Assembly: GCF_004006315.1 (NCBI RefSeq)
Contig: NZ_CP026530.1
Location: 585,889-617,888 of the forward strand
Direction of reading: 5' to 3'
Length of the DNA stretch: 32,000 bases
Origin: Nautilia sp. PV-1
GTDB taxonomy: Bacteria > Campylobacterota > Campylobacteria > Campylobacterales > Nautiliaceae
This document shows positions 18,310 through 29,129 of the stretch, piece after piece; the stretch's first letter is position 1, and every line of letters begins with the position of its first letter. The notes beneath the pieces were generated by a model, which searched no databases, was not told where the DNA came from, and was given only the letters and a program-made list of their open reading frames with translations. Both the position numbers and the translations under genes were made by a program.

Positions 18310-19119
18310 TTATACTTTGTAAAATTTTTTTAATTCTTTGTGGATATCCGGAAAATGCTTTTTTAAAATATCCGGTTTAGAAAAATAATATTCGCTCATT
18401 ACTGCAAAAAATTCTGCAGGATTTGTAGCTGCATATTTGTCAATTAACGAATATTTCCCTAAAAATCTGTTTAATGAAAGTCTTTTTTTGAATTTTTTAT
18501 ATTCACCGTACATTATTTTGCTCCACTCGCCAAACTGTTCTTTTTCCAAAGGAGGTATTCCGTTTACGGCGCCTTCTTCAAAATCCAGCTCATGCGCAAA
18601 TTCATGAATAACGACATTTCTTTTGTTGGTTTTAATTTCTTTTTTTAACTCATCCCAGGCTATTACAACCGCTTCACCCACAGCTTCTCCGCTGATCAGT
18701 ACGGTTTCATGTGATGCTATATCGTTTATTATCGATTTTTGGTTAAGTATCATTGTATGCGGATATACATATATGTATTGAAGCATCGGATAACAAAAAT
18801 CTTTAAAGGATATAGTCGGAATACATGCAAAAAAGCTTATAGTGTATTTTATTTCGTCTGTAATTTTTAATTTAACGCCTATGAACTGTTTTTCTTTACA
18901 AAATCTTAGAATTTTATAGTGAAGGATATTTTTTTGGTGATTGTTTAGATTTTTATACTGAGGAAAGTTTGCAATAGTTTTTATTAATAAAGGAGGGGGA
19001 GGGGTCTTTTTTAAAGACCGTATCCATATTCTGTATTTAATTTCTATTAACAGCTGAATCAGGATAAATATAAAAAAAGCAATCCATAAAACAATTAAAA
19101 ATGTTTTAAAATTATCCAT
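18310..19119 (-). CDS. MtfA-like zinc-dependent peptidase (M90 type)
   Basis: NVVIHEFAHELDFEEGAVNG...DKYAATNPAEFFAVMSEYYF. Confidence 0.8.
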   Translation of the reverse strand: MDNFKTFLIVLWIAFFIFILIQLLIEIKYRIWIRSLKKTPPPPLLIKTIANFPQYKNLNNHQKNILHYKILRFCKEKQFIGVKLKITDEIKYTISFFACIPTISFKDFCYPMLQYIYVYPHTMILNQKSIINDIASHETVLISGEAVGEAVVIAWDELKKEIKTNKRNVVIHEFAHELDFEEGAVNGIPPLEKEQFGEWSKIMYGEYKKFKKRLSLNRFLGKYSLIDKYAATNPAEFFAVMSEYYFSKPDILKKHFPDIHKELKKFYKV

Positions 19120-19505
19120 TATCTCAATATGGCTTCAACAGCTTTAAAACCGGCTCCCGCTAAAATAATACATCCTATTACATTTAATAAAACATATGAT
19201 AACGCCTGAATATATAAAGCGTTTCTAAATAAGAAAAAGCTTTCAACGGCAAATGTTGAAAATGTGGTAAATGCGCCCATCATTCCTGTGGTAAGAAGTG
19301 ATTTTAAATAAGGGTTTTGAATTCCACCGTACTGAATGGCTCCTATAAAAATTCCTAATAACAGACTACCGATAAGATTAACGCTTAAAGTACCGAAAGG
19401 TATATCGTGTTTAATGGCATTATTAACAAGTCCTGCGGTATAAGCTCTCAAAATCGCACCTATAAATCCGCCTATACCTATAGCAATCATAGTATCGAAT
19501 TTCAT
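19119..19505 (-). CDS. crcB: Fluoride ion channel/exporter CrcB (Fluc)
   Basis: GIGGFIGAILRAY, GTLSVNLIGSLLLGIF, GMMGAFTTFSTFAVE. Confidence 0.9.
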   Translation of the reverse strand: MKFDTMIAIGIGGFIGAILRAYTAGLVNNAIKHDIPFGTLSVNLIGSLLLGIFIGAIQYGGIQNPYLKSLLTTGMMGAFTTFSTFAVESFFLFRNALYIQALSYVLLNVIGCIILAGAGFKAVEAILR

Positions 19506-19561
19506 AACTTTCCTTTATAATTAAATTAATATAATCTTATAATTTTAAACTTAAATTATTA

Positions 19562-20257
19562 TTAAAGCTTTTGATATTCTTTATCTAAAATATTTTGCAT
19601 TTTTGCTTTTGTCTCTTCAAACCAGTCAGGGTTTTCCTTAGGATTAAATGAAGGCAGAAAAATTACTTTTAAAGTCTGTTTTTCAATTCTGAACGGATGT
19701 TTCTTAAACGCATAAGGAAGGTTTATAATTACAAAAGGCTGAACCTTTAAGTTTAATTTTTCGGCAACCGCTTTTGTACCGTTTTTCCAATTAATCATTT
19801 TTGCAGGATTTTTTTGGTTTCTTGTACCTTCCGGAAAAAGCACAACTTTAAAACCTCTGTTTGTTCTTTCTTTTATTTCTTTCATCATTGTCAGGACCGA
19901 TCTTTTGTTGCTTCTGTCAACCAGTATCATGTCAGTTTTTGTTACCATGTATTTAATAACGGGTATTTCTCCCAGTTCTTTTTTTGCAACCCATATCAGC
20001 TTTTCGGGAATGACCGTTTCCATTAAGGCAATATCCAGATTGTTAGTGTGGTTTCCGATAAGCAGATTAGCGTTTTTGTCAACCTCTCCTTCTATTATTA
20101 TGTCATTAGCTACAAGCGATGTGAGAAATTTTGCGCAGCCTTTTCGGTATTTTAGCTCGTTTTTTGGGTTTATACCGCATAAAAGACCGGTAAAAAATAC
20201 ACATACCGCACCTGCGGCTAATTTTATAAAACTGATTATGCTATTTAATATCTTCAT
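19562..20257 (-). CDS. 1-acyl-sn-glycerol-3-phosphate acyltransferase (PlsC-like)
   Basis: NHTNNLDIALMET (NHxxxxD), LFPEGTRN. Confidence 0.85.
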   Translation of the reverse strand: MKILNSIISFIKLAAGAVCVFFTGLLCGINPKNELKYRKGCAKFLTSLVANDIIIEGEVDKNANLLIGNHTNNLDIALMETVIPEKLIWVAKKELGEIPVIKYMVTKTDMILVDRSNKRSVLTMMKEIKERTNRGFKVVLFPEGTRNQKNPAKMINWKNGTKAVAEKLNLKVQPFVIINLPYAFKKHPFRIEKQTLKVIFLPSFNPKENPDWFEETKAKMQNILDKEYQKL

Positions 20258-21212
20258 TTTTCACCCATCCTATTTTATTGTTTATTTTGACTTTTGTGTA
20301 ATGTTTTTCTTTTTTTAATATTTCAACTTTTGTTCCTATCGGAGCAATATAAAACACTGTAGAGTTTATTGTAGGCAATATGTATATTTTTGTTCCTCTT
20401 GCCAAAAACGCTTCTCCTTTAGGGAGATTCATATAAATTAGCAATGCAGATAGCAAAATAGGAGGAATTAAAAGCCATATTTTCTGATAAACAAGAAATA
20501 CTATAATTAAAAAGGCGATAAATGAAAGTATAAGAATGTTTACAGGCGTAAATATAGTGTTTTCTTCAGGGTTTAGATCTGTTTGTGTGCTTATTGTCTG
20601 TTCTTTTATATTAATCGGAATAGAAATTTTTTGAAAATTATCGTTTTGGGTGTTAAAGTAATAGAAAATTATCTTTTTTTTATCTTTTCCTACCAGACCG
20701 AAATATGTAGCTTTGTTTGCCGATACAAGAGTAAGATTTTCATCTTTAAGATGTAGCGTAAAATCTTTAAGGTTTGCGTTTTTTGCATTAATTGTAAAAG
20801 AAACCATATTGTGATTTTTATCATATTCGCTTGAAATAGGGTTGCTGATGTTTAATTTGTCTGCCAGTACATTGCAAAAATTTTTAACTTTAGTAAGAGG
20901 TACGCTTTTATACAGGTCGCTTAACGTAATCTGTTTATAAGTGTTTTTGCCTATAATAAAAAAATTTTTTATTTCATTGTCGTTTTTGTATTTTAAGTGA
21001 ACGTTATAAATAAACTTGTTAGTTTTTGTTATGTTAATATCTGATCCTAAGGGAGGGATAAAAGTAAGATTCATTTCTTTTGGCGTGATGACTTTAACGT
21101 CCAGATTTATTATCTGATTTTCATAATATTCTTTTTTTAGATTAGGATATTGTATTATTAAATTTGAAGCAAAAATAAAAGAAGTTAAAAGAGTAATAAT
21201 TAAATATCTCAT
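20241..21212 (-). CDS. Membrane protein with BatD-like N-terminal region and C-terminal bacterial SH3 domain
   Basis: Signal peptide, two TM segments, C-terminal AFLARGTKIYILPTINSTVFYIAPIGTKVEILKKEKHYTKVKINNKIGWVKNEDI. Confidence 0.55.
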   Translation of the reverse strand: MRYLIITLLTSFIFASNLIIQYPNLKKEYYENQIINLDVKVITPKEMNLTFIPPLGSDINITKTNKFIYNVHLKYKNDNEIKNFFIIGKNTYKQITLSDLYKSVPLTKVKNFCNVLADKLNISNPISSEYDKNHNMVSFTINAKNANLKDFTLHLKDENLTLVSANKATYFGLVGKDKKKIIFYYFNTQNDNFQKISIPINIKEQTISTQTDLNPEENTIFTPVNILILSFIAFLIIVFLVYQKIWLLIPPILLSALLIYMNLPKGEAFLARGTKIYILPTINSTVFYIAPIGTKVEILKKEKHYTKVKINNKIGWVKNEDIK

Positions 21213-22309
21213 TTGAGGGCTATATTATTCTCTTTTGTAAAATTTTTAATGTAAGCTAAAAATTGTTTTCTTTTTTTGCCGTAAAGAGTTACTTTTACCG
21301 AATGCTTAAGTTTAAGAGGGTTAATCCACTTTCCGTAATGCATAACTCCGAAATGCAAATGAGGGCCAGTTGAAAGTCCGCTGTTTCCAAGATAGCCTAT
21401 TACCTGTCCCTGTTTTACCCATTTTCCTACATATATACCTTTTGGCCATCCGTGAAGATGCGCATAAAGTGTCATATAGCCGTCTTTGTGTTTTATCTCT
21501 ACGGCTCTTCCGTAACCTCTAATCCACCCTTTATATATAATTTTTCCGTCTGCTACCGAATGGATAGGAGTGCCGATTCTGTTAACGTAGTCAATTCCGT
21601 CGTGCATTCTCCATTTGTGCAAAATAGGATGAAATCTCATTCCGAATCTTGAAGAAATACGTTTGTATCTTAAAGGTGCGGCTAAAAACATTCCTTTTAA
21701 ACTTCTTCCTTTAGAGTCATAATATCTTCCGTCATAAGGATTTAAAAATGCGTCAACCTGATAGTGTCTGTTTGATATTTTTGCGTATAGTATTTTAACG
21801 TCTTTTACTTCTCCGAATTTTATTTTTTCCTGATAAACAATATCAACTTTTGTATTTTTCGGAATAGCTCTGAAATTAATTCTGTCTGAGAATATGTTAA
21901 TAAGTTTTGATGAAAGACTTTTTAGTTTTGTCGCTTTGTATATATCGTAGCTCAGATAATTGTTAATTGTGGCACTTGCTTCTTTTTGAACGGTTTCGTA
22001 TATTATCGGGACTATTTTAGTGACATATCCTTTGTCCGTTTTAATAATCTGAAGCTGTTGTTTAGAGTTTATAGGTATAAGCGCCTGCTTGATAATGTTG
22101 TTGTCTCTTAAAATAAAAACGCTTTCGCCCTTTGGAATAGCGCGTACGTATCTTTTGATTTTAGGCGGAAGGTTGTAATATATACTTAACGGCAGAGAGT
22201 TTTGTTTTAAAAAACCGTAAAAGGTGTCTTTACTGCCCCATTTATGTATATCAACCTTGTATGCCAGAACAAAAACAGGAATCAAAAGATAAATTAAAAA
22301 TTTTTTCAC
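21209..22309 (-). CDS. M23-family peptidoglycan metallopeptidase
   Basis: RFGMRFHPILHKWRMHDGIDYVNRIGTPIHSVADG...GYMTLYAHLHG...LSTGPHLHFGVMHYGKWINP. Confidence 0.88.
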   Translation of the reverse strand: MKKFLIYLLIPVFVLAYKVDIHKWGSKDTFYGFLKQNSLPLSIYYNLPPKIKRYVRAIPKGESVFILRDNNIIKQALIPINSKQQLQIIKTDKGYVTKIVPIIYETVQKEASATINNYLSYDIYKATKLKSLSSKLINIFSDRINFRAIPKNTKVDIVYQEKIKFGEVKDVKILYAKISNRHYQVDAFLNPYDGRYYDSKGRSLKGMFLAAPLRYKRISSRFGMRFHPILHKWRMHDGIDYVNRIGTPIHSVADGKIIYKGWIRGYGRAVEIKHKDGYMTLYAHLHGWPKGIYVGKWVKQGQVIGYLGNSGLSTGPHLHFGVMHYGKWINPLKLKHSVKVTLYGKKRKQFLAYIKNFTKENNIALK

Positions 22310-22974
22310 TTAATAAATCCTTCTATCATTTTAATTCCGTCGCTTCCTCCTAAAAGACTTTCCATTGCTCTTTCAGGGTGAGGCATTAGTCCGAATACGT
22401 TTTTATTTTCATTGCATATGCCGGCGATTGCGTCTATACTTCCGTTAGGGTTTAATTCGTTACCGTCAGCATCGCAGTATTTTAAGATTACCTGTCCGTT
22501 ATCGTACATTTTTTTAAGTGTTTCTTCGTCAACTTTATAATTTCCTTCGGCATGTGCTATAGGTATGTTTACGATATCCCCTGCATTTAGATTTTGTAAA
22601 AATTTATTGTTATTGTCGACAACTTTTAAATGATGGAATTTTGATATAAAATGAAGATTTTCATTTCTCGTCATACCTCCGGGAAGAAGGTGCGATTCAA
22701 GCAGAATCTGGAATCCGTTACAGATTCCTAGTACATATCCGCCTTTATTGGCGAATTCTTTAACTTCCTGCATAATCGGTGAAAATCTTGCAATTGCACC
22801 GCTTCTTAAATAATCTCCGTAACTAAACCCTCCCGGAAGAACAACCAAATCAGGATTTTTCAAATCATGTTCGTTATGCCATACGAATTCCACGTCGGCA
22901 CCTATTTTTTCAAATGCCCATTTAGTGTCTCTGTCGCAGTTAGTTCCGGGAAAAACAATAACCGTTACTTTCAT
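22306..22974 (-). CDS. purQ: Phosphoribosylformylglycinamidine synthase subunit PurQ
   Basis: VIVFPGTNCDRDT, LPGGFSYGDYLRSGAIA, GYVLGICNGFQIL, GLMPHPERA. Confidence 0.95.
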   Translation of the reverse strand: MKVTVIVFPGTNCDRDTKWAFEKIGADVEFVWHNEHDLKNPDLVVLPGGFSYGDYLRSGAIARFSPIMQEVKEFANKGGYVLGICNGFQILLESHLLPGGMTRNENLHFISKFHHLKVVDNNNKFLQNLNAGDIVNIPIAHAEGNYKVDEETLKKMYDNGQVILKYCDADGNELNPNGSIDAIAGICNENKNVFGLMPHPERAMESLLGGSDGIKMIEGFIK

Positions 22975-23213
22975 TATTTTACCTCAATTTCAAAGTTTTC
23001 AATAACAGGGTTTGCCAACAGTTCCGCAGCGGCTTCTTTAGCTATTTCAACTGCTTTTTCTTTATCTTCAGTATCTATGTCAAGTAAAATCTGTTTTCCG
23101 ACTCTTACGCCTTTAACGTCTTTAAAGCCCAACGTTTCAAGTGCATGGTGTACAGCTTTTCCCTGAGGGTCAAGCACGCCTTTTTTCAAATGTACGTTAA
23201 CAGCAACTATCAT
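22974..23213 (-). CDS. purS: Phosphoribosylformylglycinamidine synthase subunit PurS
   Basis: VNVHLKKGVLDPQGKAVHHALETLGFKDVKGVRVGKQI; adjacent to purQ. Confidence 0.93.
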   Translation of the reverse strand: MIVAVNVHLKKGVLDPQGKAVHHALETLGFKDVKGVRVGKQILLDIDTEDKEKAVEIAKEAAAELLANPVIENFEIEVK

Positions 23214-23917
23214 TTTACATCCTTTAATCTGTTTAATACTTCAGTATATGCTTCTTTTATATTTCCTAAATTAAATCTGAATAAATCTTTATCAAGTTTT
23301 TTTCCTGTTTCTTTGTCCCATAATCTGCAAGAATCTGGGGTGATTTCATCGGCTAAAATAATGTTTCCGTTTTCGTCTCTGCCGAATTCTATTTTAAAGT
23401 CTACCAAAGTTAGGCCTACTTTGTCAAAAAACTTAGTTAGAAAATCGTTTACTTTTAATCCGTATTCCCTTAATAAATCAAGTTCTTTTCTGTCTTTTAC
23501 AAGTCCTAAAACCATTGCATGATCGTCATTTATTAAAGGATCGTTTAAATCGTCGTTTTTATAATAAAACTCAACTATGGTGAACGGCAGTTTTGTTCCT
23601 TCTTTAATTCCCAGTCTTTTGGCAAGACTTCCCGCTACAATGTTTCTTACAACCACTTCTATTAATATGATATCGACTTTTTTGACAAGCTGTTTAGTGT
23701 CGTCAATCTGTTTGATTAAGTGTGTAGGAATTCCTTCTTTTTCCAATGCTTCAAAAATTAAAGTGGTAATTGCACAGTTCAGCGCTCCTTTTCCTTCTTC
23801 TTCATCGGCTTTTTCACCGTTAAAAGCAGTTAAAGAATTTTTATATTCGCATATTACCTCATTGGGTTTGTCTGTTTCATAAATTCTTTTTGCTTTTCCT
23901 TCGTATAACAGTTTCAT
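23210..23917 (-). CDS. purC: Phosphoribosylaminoimidazole-succinocarboxamide synthase
   Basis: LLYEGKAKRIYETD, VVRNIVAGSLAKRLG, LILADEITPDSCRLWD. Confidence 0.95.
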   Translation of the reverse strand: MKLLYEGKAKRIYETDKPNEVICEYKNSLTAFNGEKADEEEGKGALNCAITTLIFEALEKEGIPTHLIKQIDDTKQLVKKVDIILIEVVVRNIVAGSLAKRLGIKEGTKLPFTIVEFYYKNDDLNDPLINDDHAMVLGLVKDRKELDLLREYGLKVNDFLTKFFDKVGLTLVDFKIEFGRDENGNIILADEITPDSCRLWDKETGKKLDKDLFRFNLGNIKEAYTEVLNRLKDVK

Positions 23918-25167
23918 TTTTCTCCTTTACTTATTATTAAAGCTTTTAAAATATTTGCGCCTGTGAGCAGTTGTAAGTCGCCGTCTATTTTTTTAATGTT
24001 TTTATCTTCTTTTTTGGTTTTTTTCTTATGGTCTATTTTATTTAATTCCGCTTTTAAATGCGCTTTTAAATTTGCTTCTTTAATTAAATCTTCAGTTAAG
24101 TTTTCTTCTTCCACTTTCCCTGGATGTACGATAATATCCGGAGTTACACCTTTGGCCTGAATTGTTCTGCCGCTTGGCAGGTAATATCTGGCTACCGTAA
24201 GTCTTAATGCTTCATCTTTGTTTACAGGAAGAATTGCCTGAACGCTTCCTTTACCGAATGTCTTTTCGCCTACTATTACGGCGCGTCTGTGATCCTGAAG
24301 ACCTCCGCTTACGATTTCTGCCGCACTTGCCGTTCCTCCGTTTACAAGCACTACTATCGGAATGTTTTTATATGTTCCCGCGCTGTGTGCGTAATATACT
24401 TCGTTTTCGCTAGGAACTCTTCCTTTTTGCGATACTAATATACCGTGGGATATAAACAGATCAAGTGTACCTGTAGCCTGATTTAACAGTCCTCCCGGAT
24501 TGTTTCTCAAATCTATTATGATTCCTTTTTTACCTTGTTTTTTAAGGTTTGCGAGTACTTTTTTAAGACTAGGCACTACATTTTTGTCAAACGAAGAAAT
24601 TCTTATATATTCTATATCAGGGTAATGCTGTAAATCTTTTGCTTTAACGGATTTGATTTTTATAATTCCTCTTGTAATCGTGACTTCAAAAGGTTTTTTC
24701 CCTTTTCTTACGATGGTAAGAGTAACTTTTGTCCCGGGTTTGCCTCTCATCAGATTTACCGCTTCGTCAAGCGTCATATCGATTGTGGCGTGATTGTTGA
24801 TTTTTAAAATAATGTCACCGGCTTTGATTCCGGCTTTATAAGCAGGAGTGTCGTCTATCGGAGAAATTACTGTAAGTACACCGTTTTTCATTCCGATTAC
24901 TACACCGAGTCCTCCGAACTCACCTGATGTCTGAACTTTTAATTCTTTATATGCTTTCTTGTCCAGGTAGCTTGAATGCGCGTCTAAATTCGGAAGAAGT
25001 CCTTTAAGCGCTTTATTTATTATAGTTGTCGTATTAATGTCGTCTACGTAATAAGCTTCGATCATATTGACGACTTTTACGAATTTTTCATATGCAGCCA
25101 GTCTAGTCTGCTGGTTTTCAGCGAATAGCGATACAATAAAAAGTGCTGCTAAAATTAGTTTTTTCAA
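23914..25167 (-). CDS. C-terminal processing peptidase, S41 family
   Basis: PDZ region GGLGVVIG..., VLVNGGTASAAEIVSGGLQDHRRAVIVGEKTFGKGSVQ catalytic region. Confidence 0.92.
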   Translation of the reverse strand: MKKLILAALFIVSLFAENQQTRLAAYEKFVKVVNMIEAYYVDDINTTTIINKALKGLLPNLDAHSSYLDKKAYKELKVQTSGEFGGLGVVIGMKNGVLTVISPIDDTPAYKAGIKAGDIILKINNHATIDMTLDEAVNLMRGKPGTKVTLTIVRKGKKPFEVTITRGIIKIKSVKAKDLQHYPDIEYIRISSFDKNVVPSLKKVLANLKKQGKKGIIIDLRNNPGGLLNQATGTLDLFISHGILVSQKGRVPSENEVYYAHSAGTYKNIPIVVLVNGGTASAAEIVSGGLQDHRRAVIVGEKTFGKGSVQAILPVNKDEALRLTVARYYLPSGRTIQAKGVTPDIIVHPGKVEEENLTEDLIKEANLKAHLKAELNKIDHKKKTKKEDKNIKKIDGDLQLLTGANILKALIISKGEK

Positions 25168-25315
25168 AACGGCTCCTTGGAGTTTTTGAAATTCTATTAT
25201 ATTGGGCAGTTAAAATCAAGTTTTAGGTATAATGTTTAAATATATATTATTAATATGTTAATTAAAGATTATTTTTCATTATTTTTATATAAATTGAATT
25301 TTTTTAATTAAAAAC

Positions 25316-25345
25316 CTTGACATAAACTGACTAAAGTTGTATAAT
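25316..25345 (+). promoter_or_regulatory. Promoter upstream of clpB with HAIR-like (HspR) inverted repeat
   Basis: TTGACA 25317-25322, 17-nt spacer, TATAAT 25340-25345. CTTGACA-N7-ACTAAAG (25316-25336) resembles HAIR CTTGAGT-N7-ACTCAAG. Confidence 0.65.
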
Positions 25346-25376
25346 TACATCAACTAAAACTTTTAAGGAGGAGAAT

Positions 25377-27977
25377 ATGGATAGAATATTTGAAAAATTA
25401 ACAAATCAAATGATGGAAGCACTTGAATCAGGTTTAAGTCTGGCATTACACAACAAAAACCCGGAAGTACATCCTTTACATATAGTATGGGGGCTTGTGA
25501 CTAATACAAATACGGTATTAAACCAGGCTTTAAACAAAATGGGAGTTGACAAAGTTGCTATTGAGCTTGAACTTAAAAGCGCGGTAGACAGACTTCCAAA
25601 AGTTGACAATATCACAAAAGAATCAATTAAAATAGGAAGGGAATTAATTGAAAGTCTGCAAAAAGCCGAAGGTCTTGCTACTAAACTCGGAGATCAGTAT
25701 GTAGCGGTTGATACATGGCTTATTGCAAACCTTGAGAGATTTAAAGACACTCTAGGAAAATTTGTAGATTTATTCGAACTTAAAAAAACTCTTGAAGCAA
25801 TAAGAGGTGATAAAAAGATTGAAAGCAAAAGTGCGGATGAAACACTTGACGCATTAAATAAATACGGAATCGACCTTACTGCAAAAGCGAGAGAAGGTAA
25901 ACTTGACCCTGTAATCGGAAGAGACGAAGAAATCAACAGAATGATGCAGATTCTTATCAGAAAAACTAAAAACAATCCGATTTTACTTGGTGAGCCTGGG
26001 GTTGGTAAAACAGCGCTTGTAGAGGGGCTTGCTCAAAGAATAGTTAAAAAAGAAGTACCGACAAGTCTTCAAAACAAACAGATAGTAGCTCTTGATATGA
26101 CAGCACTTATTGCGGGTGCTAAATACAGAGGTGAGTTTGAAGACAGACTAAAAGCCGTTGTGGATGAAGTAAAACAAAATCCTAACATTATATTATTTAT
26201 AGACGAAATTCACACAATCGTCGGTGCAGGTGCCAGCGAGGGAAGTATGGACGCTGCCAACATATTAAAACCTGCACTTGCAAGGGGAGAACTCAGAACA
26301 ATCGGTGCGACAACACTTAAAGAATACAGAAAATATTTTGAAAAAGACGCGGCTCTTCAAAGAAGATTCCAGCCTGTAATGGTAAACGAGCCAAGCGTAA
26401 ATGAAGCAATCAGAATCTTAAGAGGTCTAAAAGAAAGACTAGAAGCGCATCATAACGTTATTATTAAAGATGAAGCGATTGTAGCTGCGGCAAAACTGAC
26501 TGACAGATATATCAGTGACAGATTCCTGCCGGATAAAGCAATCGACGCAATTGACGAAGCTGCGGCTGAAATCAAAATGCAAATCGAAAGCGAACCGTTC
26601 GAGCTTGCAAAAATTAAAAGAGAAATCGAACAGCTGATGGTTGAAAAAGAGGCTCTTCAGATGGAAGGTGAGAGCGATAAGTCTAAAAAAAGACTTGCTG
26701 AAATTGAAAAAGAACTCGCTAATCTTGAAGAAGAAAAAAGAAGACTTGAAGCTAAATTCGAAGAAGAAAAAAGAGTTCTTAAAGAAATAGCCGAAATTAA
26801 ACAGCAGATTGAAGAGCTAAAAGTTCAGGCAGATATCGCTAAAAGAGAAGGTAACTTCCAAAAAGCGGCAGAAATTGAATACGGAAAAGTTGTAGAACTT
26901 ACCAAAAAATTAGAAGAGCTTGAGAAAAAATGGGACGAAATGTTAAAAGAAGGTACGCTTCTTAAAAACGCTGTTGACGAAGAAGCGGTAGCAGACGTAG
27001 TAAGCAAATGGACAGGTATTCCTGTAAATAAAATGTTGCAAAGCGAGCTTGAAAAAATATTACATATTGAAGACGAGCTCAAAAAATGGGTAGTCGGACA
27101 GGATGAAGCCATAAAAGCGGTAGCAAGAGCGATCAAAAGAAATAAAGCCGGACTTGGTGATCCAAATAGACCAATCGGAAGCTTTATGTTCCTAGGACCT
27201 ACAGGGGTAGGTAAAACAGAAACAGCTAAAACGTTGGCAAGATTCTTGTTTGATGATGAAAAAGCGATGATCAGATTTGATATGTCTGAATATATGGATA
27301 AAATAAGTGTATCTAAACTAATCGGTGCTGCGCCTGGTTACGTAGGATACGAAGAAGGCGGACAGCTTACAGAAGCTGTAAGAAGAAGACCGTACAGCGT
27401 AATTCTGTTCGATGAAATCGAAAAAGCGCATCCGGATGTATTCAACATCCTGTTACAGGTGCTTGACGACGGTAGACTTACAGATAATAAAGGTGTGACA
27501 GTAGACTTTAAAAACACAATTATTATCTTAACAAGTAACATCGCAAGTGATATTATTATGGAAATTAAAGATCCGGAAGCAAGAAAAGAAGCAGTTTGGG
27601 CTGAACTTAAAAGAAGAATGAAACCGGAATTCTTAAACAGACTTGACGATGTAGTGGTATTTAACCCGCTTGGCAAAGAGCAGGTTAAAGAAATCGTTGA
27701 CATATTGCTTAGAAAAATTACAAAAAGACTCAGTGAAAGAGAAATCGAACTTACTCTTACAGACAGAGTTAAAGAAGTTATCGCTGAGGTTGGATTCGAT
27801 CCGATTTTCGGTGCAAGACCTCTTAAAAGAGCGCTTGCCGAAATTATCGAAGACAGACTTGCCGAACTTATCCTTGAAGGAAAAGTTAAAGAAGGCGACA
27901 GAGTTGAATTCGACGCGGATGATAACAGTATCATCATTAAAGTTAACGATCAGGAAGTTGCAAGAGATCCTAGATAA
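25377..27977 (+). CDS. clpB: ATP-dependent chaperone ClpB
   Basis: Clp-N domain, two AAA modules ([37 protein letters not shown]), middle coiled coil between them. Confidence 0.96.
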   Translation: MDRIFEKLTNQMMEALESGLSLALHNKNPEVHPLHIVWGLVTNTNTVLNQALNKMGVDKVAIELELKSAVDRLPKVDNITKESIKIGRELIESLQKAEGLATKLGDQYVAVDTWLIANLERFKDTLGKFVDLFELKKTLEAIRGDKKIESKSADETLDALNKYGIDLTAKAREGKLDPVIGRDEEINRMMQILIRKTKNNPILLGEPGVGKTALVEGLAQRIVKKEVPTSLQNKQIVALDMTALIAGAKYRGEFEDRLKAVVDEVKQNPNIILFIDEIHTIVGAGASEGSMDAANILKPALARGELRTIGATTLKEYRKYFEKDAALQRRFQPVMVNEPSVNEAIRILRGLKERLEAHHNVIIKDEAIVAAAKLTDRYISDRFLPDKAIDAIDEAAAEIKMQIESEPFELAKIKREIEQLMVEKEALQMEGESDKSKKRLAEIEKELANLEEEKRRLEAKFEEEKRVLKEIAEIKQQIEELKVQADIAKREGNFQKAAEIEYGKVVELTKKLEELEKKWDEMLKEGTLLKNAVDEEAVADVVSKWTGIPVNKMLQSELEKILHIEDELKKWVVGQDEAIKAVARAIKRNKAGLGDPNRPIGSFMFLGPTGVGKTETAKTLARFLFDDEKAMIRFDMSEYMDKISVSKLIGAAPGYVGYEEGGQLTEAVRRRPYSVILFDEIEKAHPDVFNILLQVLDDGRLTDNKGVTVDFKNTIIILTSNIASDIIMEIKDPEARKEAVWAELKRRMKPEFLNRLDDVVVFNPLGKEQVKEIVDILLRKITKRLSEREIELTLTDRVKEVIAEVGFDPIFGARPLKRALAEIIEDRLAELILEGKVKEGDRVEFDADDNSIIIKVNDQEVARDPR

Positions 27978-28093
27978 AAGGGCTCTTGCTTACTTTATTT
28001 GTTTATTAAAAGTGACAGACACTAATTATTATTTAATTTTAGCTTTATTTGTGTCATAAATGTGTCTGTAGAATATATTGATACGACAATTAT

Positions 28094-28122
28094 TTGACAA
28101 AATGAATATTTGTTTATATAAT
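28094..28122 (+). promoter_or_regulatory. Sigma70-type promoter upstream of 28148 gene
   Basis: TTGACA 28094-28099, 17-nt spacer, TATAAT 28117-28122. Confidence 0.7.
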
Positions 28123-28147
28123 TTTTCAAAACAGATGAGGGGGAGAG

Positions 28148-28513
28148 ATGAACCTGCTGTATATGCATATGATGGTAGTATTTTGTTGGGGTTTGTTTAT
28201 GGTGTCTTTGGCTAAGTCGGTTGGATGTAAAGAAAATTCAAAATTACTTGCAATAATCAGTATTGTGTTTATGGGACTGGTGCTTTATCTGGGTACGAAG
28301 TTGATGCTCGCAATGCCTGGTATTTCAAAAAGCGGAAACTGGCTTCATGTTAAGCTTTCCATAGATATACTTGCAATGATTACAAATATTTATCTTTCAT
28401 ATTTGGCTTTTAGAAACAAGAATACTTCAAAACTTCTTTCACAGATTCTGTACTGGGGAAGTGTTGTTATGTTTGTATGCATGTATTATTTAACATTATT
28501 TAAACCTTTTTAA
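28148..28513 (+). CDS. Hypothetical small integral membrane protein
   Basis: 121 aa with about four hydrophobic segments; RBS GGGAG. Confidence 0.7.
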   Translation: MNLLYMHMMVVFCWGLFMVSLAKSVGCKENSKLLAIISIVFMGLVLYLGTKLMLAMPGISKSGNWLHVKLSIDILAMITNIYLSYLAFRNKNTSKLLSQILYWGSVVMFVCMYYLTLFKPF

Positions 28514-28541
28514 GGTGTGAATAAAGGAAAAAGGAGAAAAA

Positions 28542-29126
28542 ATGATTGACCAGGCAAGGATTGACGAGAAGTTGAAAGCCGGAAAAAGGCTTTCCAAGCT
28601 TGATGCTCCTAAAACTATTACCAATGATGAAAAAGTAATGAGCGAAAATGATTTTATCGTTTCCAAAACTGATACAAAAGGATACATAACATATTGTAAC
28701 AGAATATTTGTGAATATGGCCGGTTGGAGCAGAAAAGAGCTTATAGGTGCAAATCACAATATAATCCGTCATCCTCATATGCCGAAAATCGCTTTTAAAA
28801 TTTTATGGGATCTGATTCAGGCTAAACATGAGTTTTTCGGTTTTGTAAAAAATTTAAGAAAAGACGGAGGATATTACTGGGTTTTGGCTTATATTACCCC
28901 GGATTTGGATCTGAACGGAAATATTATAGGATATACCTCTTTTAGAAAAAAACCGTCAAGAAAAGGAATAGAAACTATAGAACCGATATATGAACAATTG
29001 GTAGATGCAGAAAAAAGCGGAGGAATCAGCGCCAGTTATGAACTGCTTAAGAAACTGTTAAAAGCCGATGACGAAACGGTTGTAGATAAGTATCACGAAT
29101 TAGTATTTAACTTGCAAAAAGGGTAA
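28542..29126 (+). CDS. PAS domain protein (Aer/CetB-like cytoplasmic sensor)
   Basis: SKTDTKGYITYCNRIFVNMAGWSRKELIGANHNIIRHPHMPKIAFKILWDLIQ... no TM or MCP domain. Confidence 0.8.
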   Translation: MIDQARIDEKLKAGKRLSKLDAPKTITNDEKVMSENDFIVSKTDTKGYITYCNRIFVNMAGWSRKELIGANHNIIRHPHMPKIAFKILWDLIQAKHEFFGFVKNLRKDGGYYWVLAYITPDLDLNGNIIGYTSFRKKPSRKGIETIEPIYEQLVDAEKSGGISASYELLKKLLKADDETVVDKYHELVFNLQKG

Positions 29127-29129
29127 AAA

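Noticed and set aside
23145-27937. Multiple opposite-strand ORFs inside purC, ctpA and clpB
   Set aside because: All are shadows of strong coding frames in low-complexity AT-rich DNA and lack recognisable domains.
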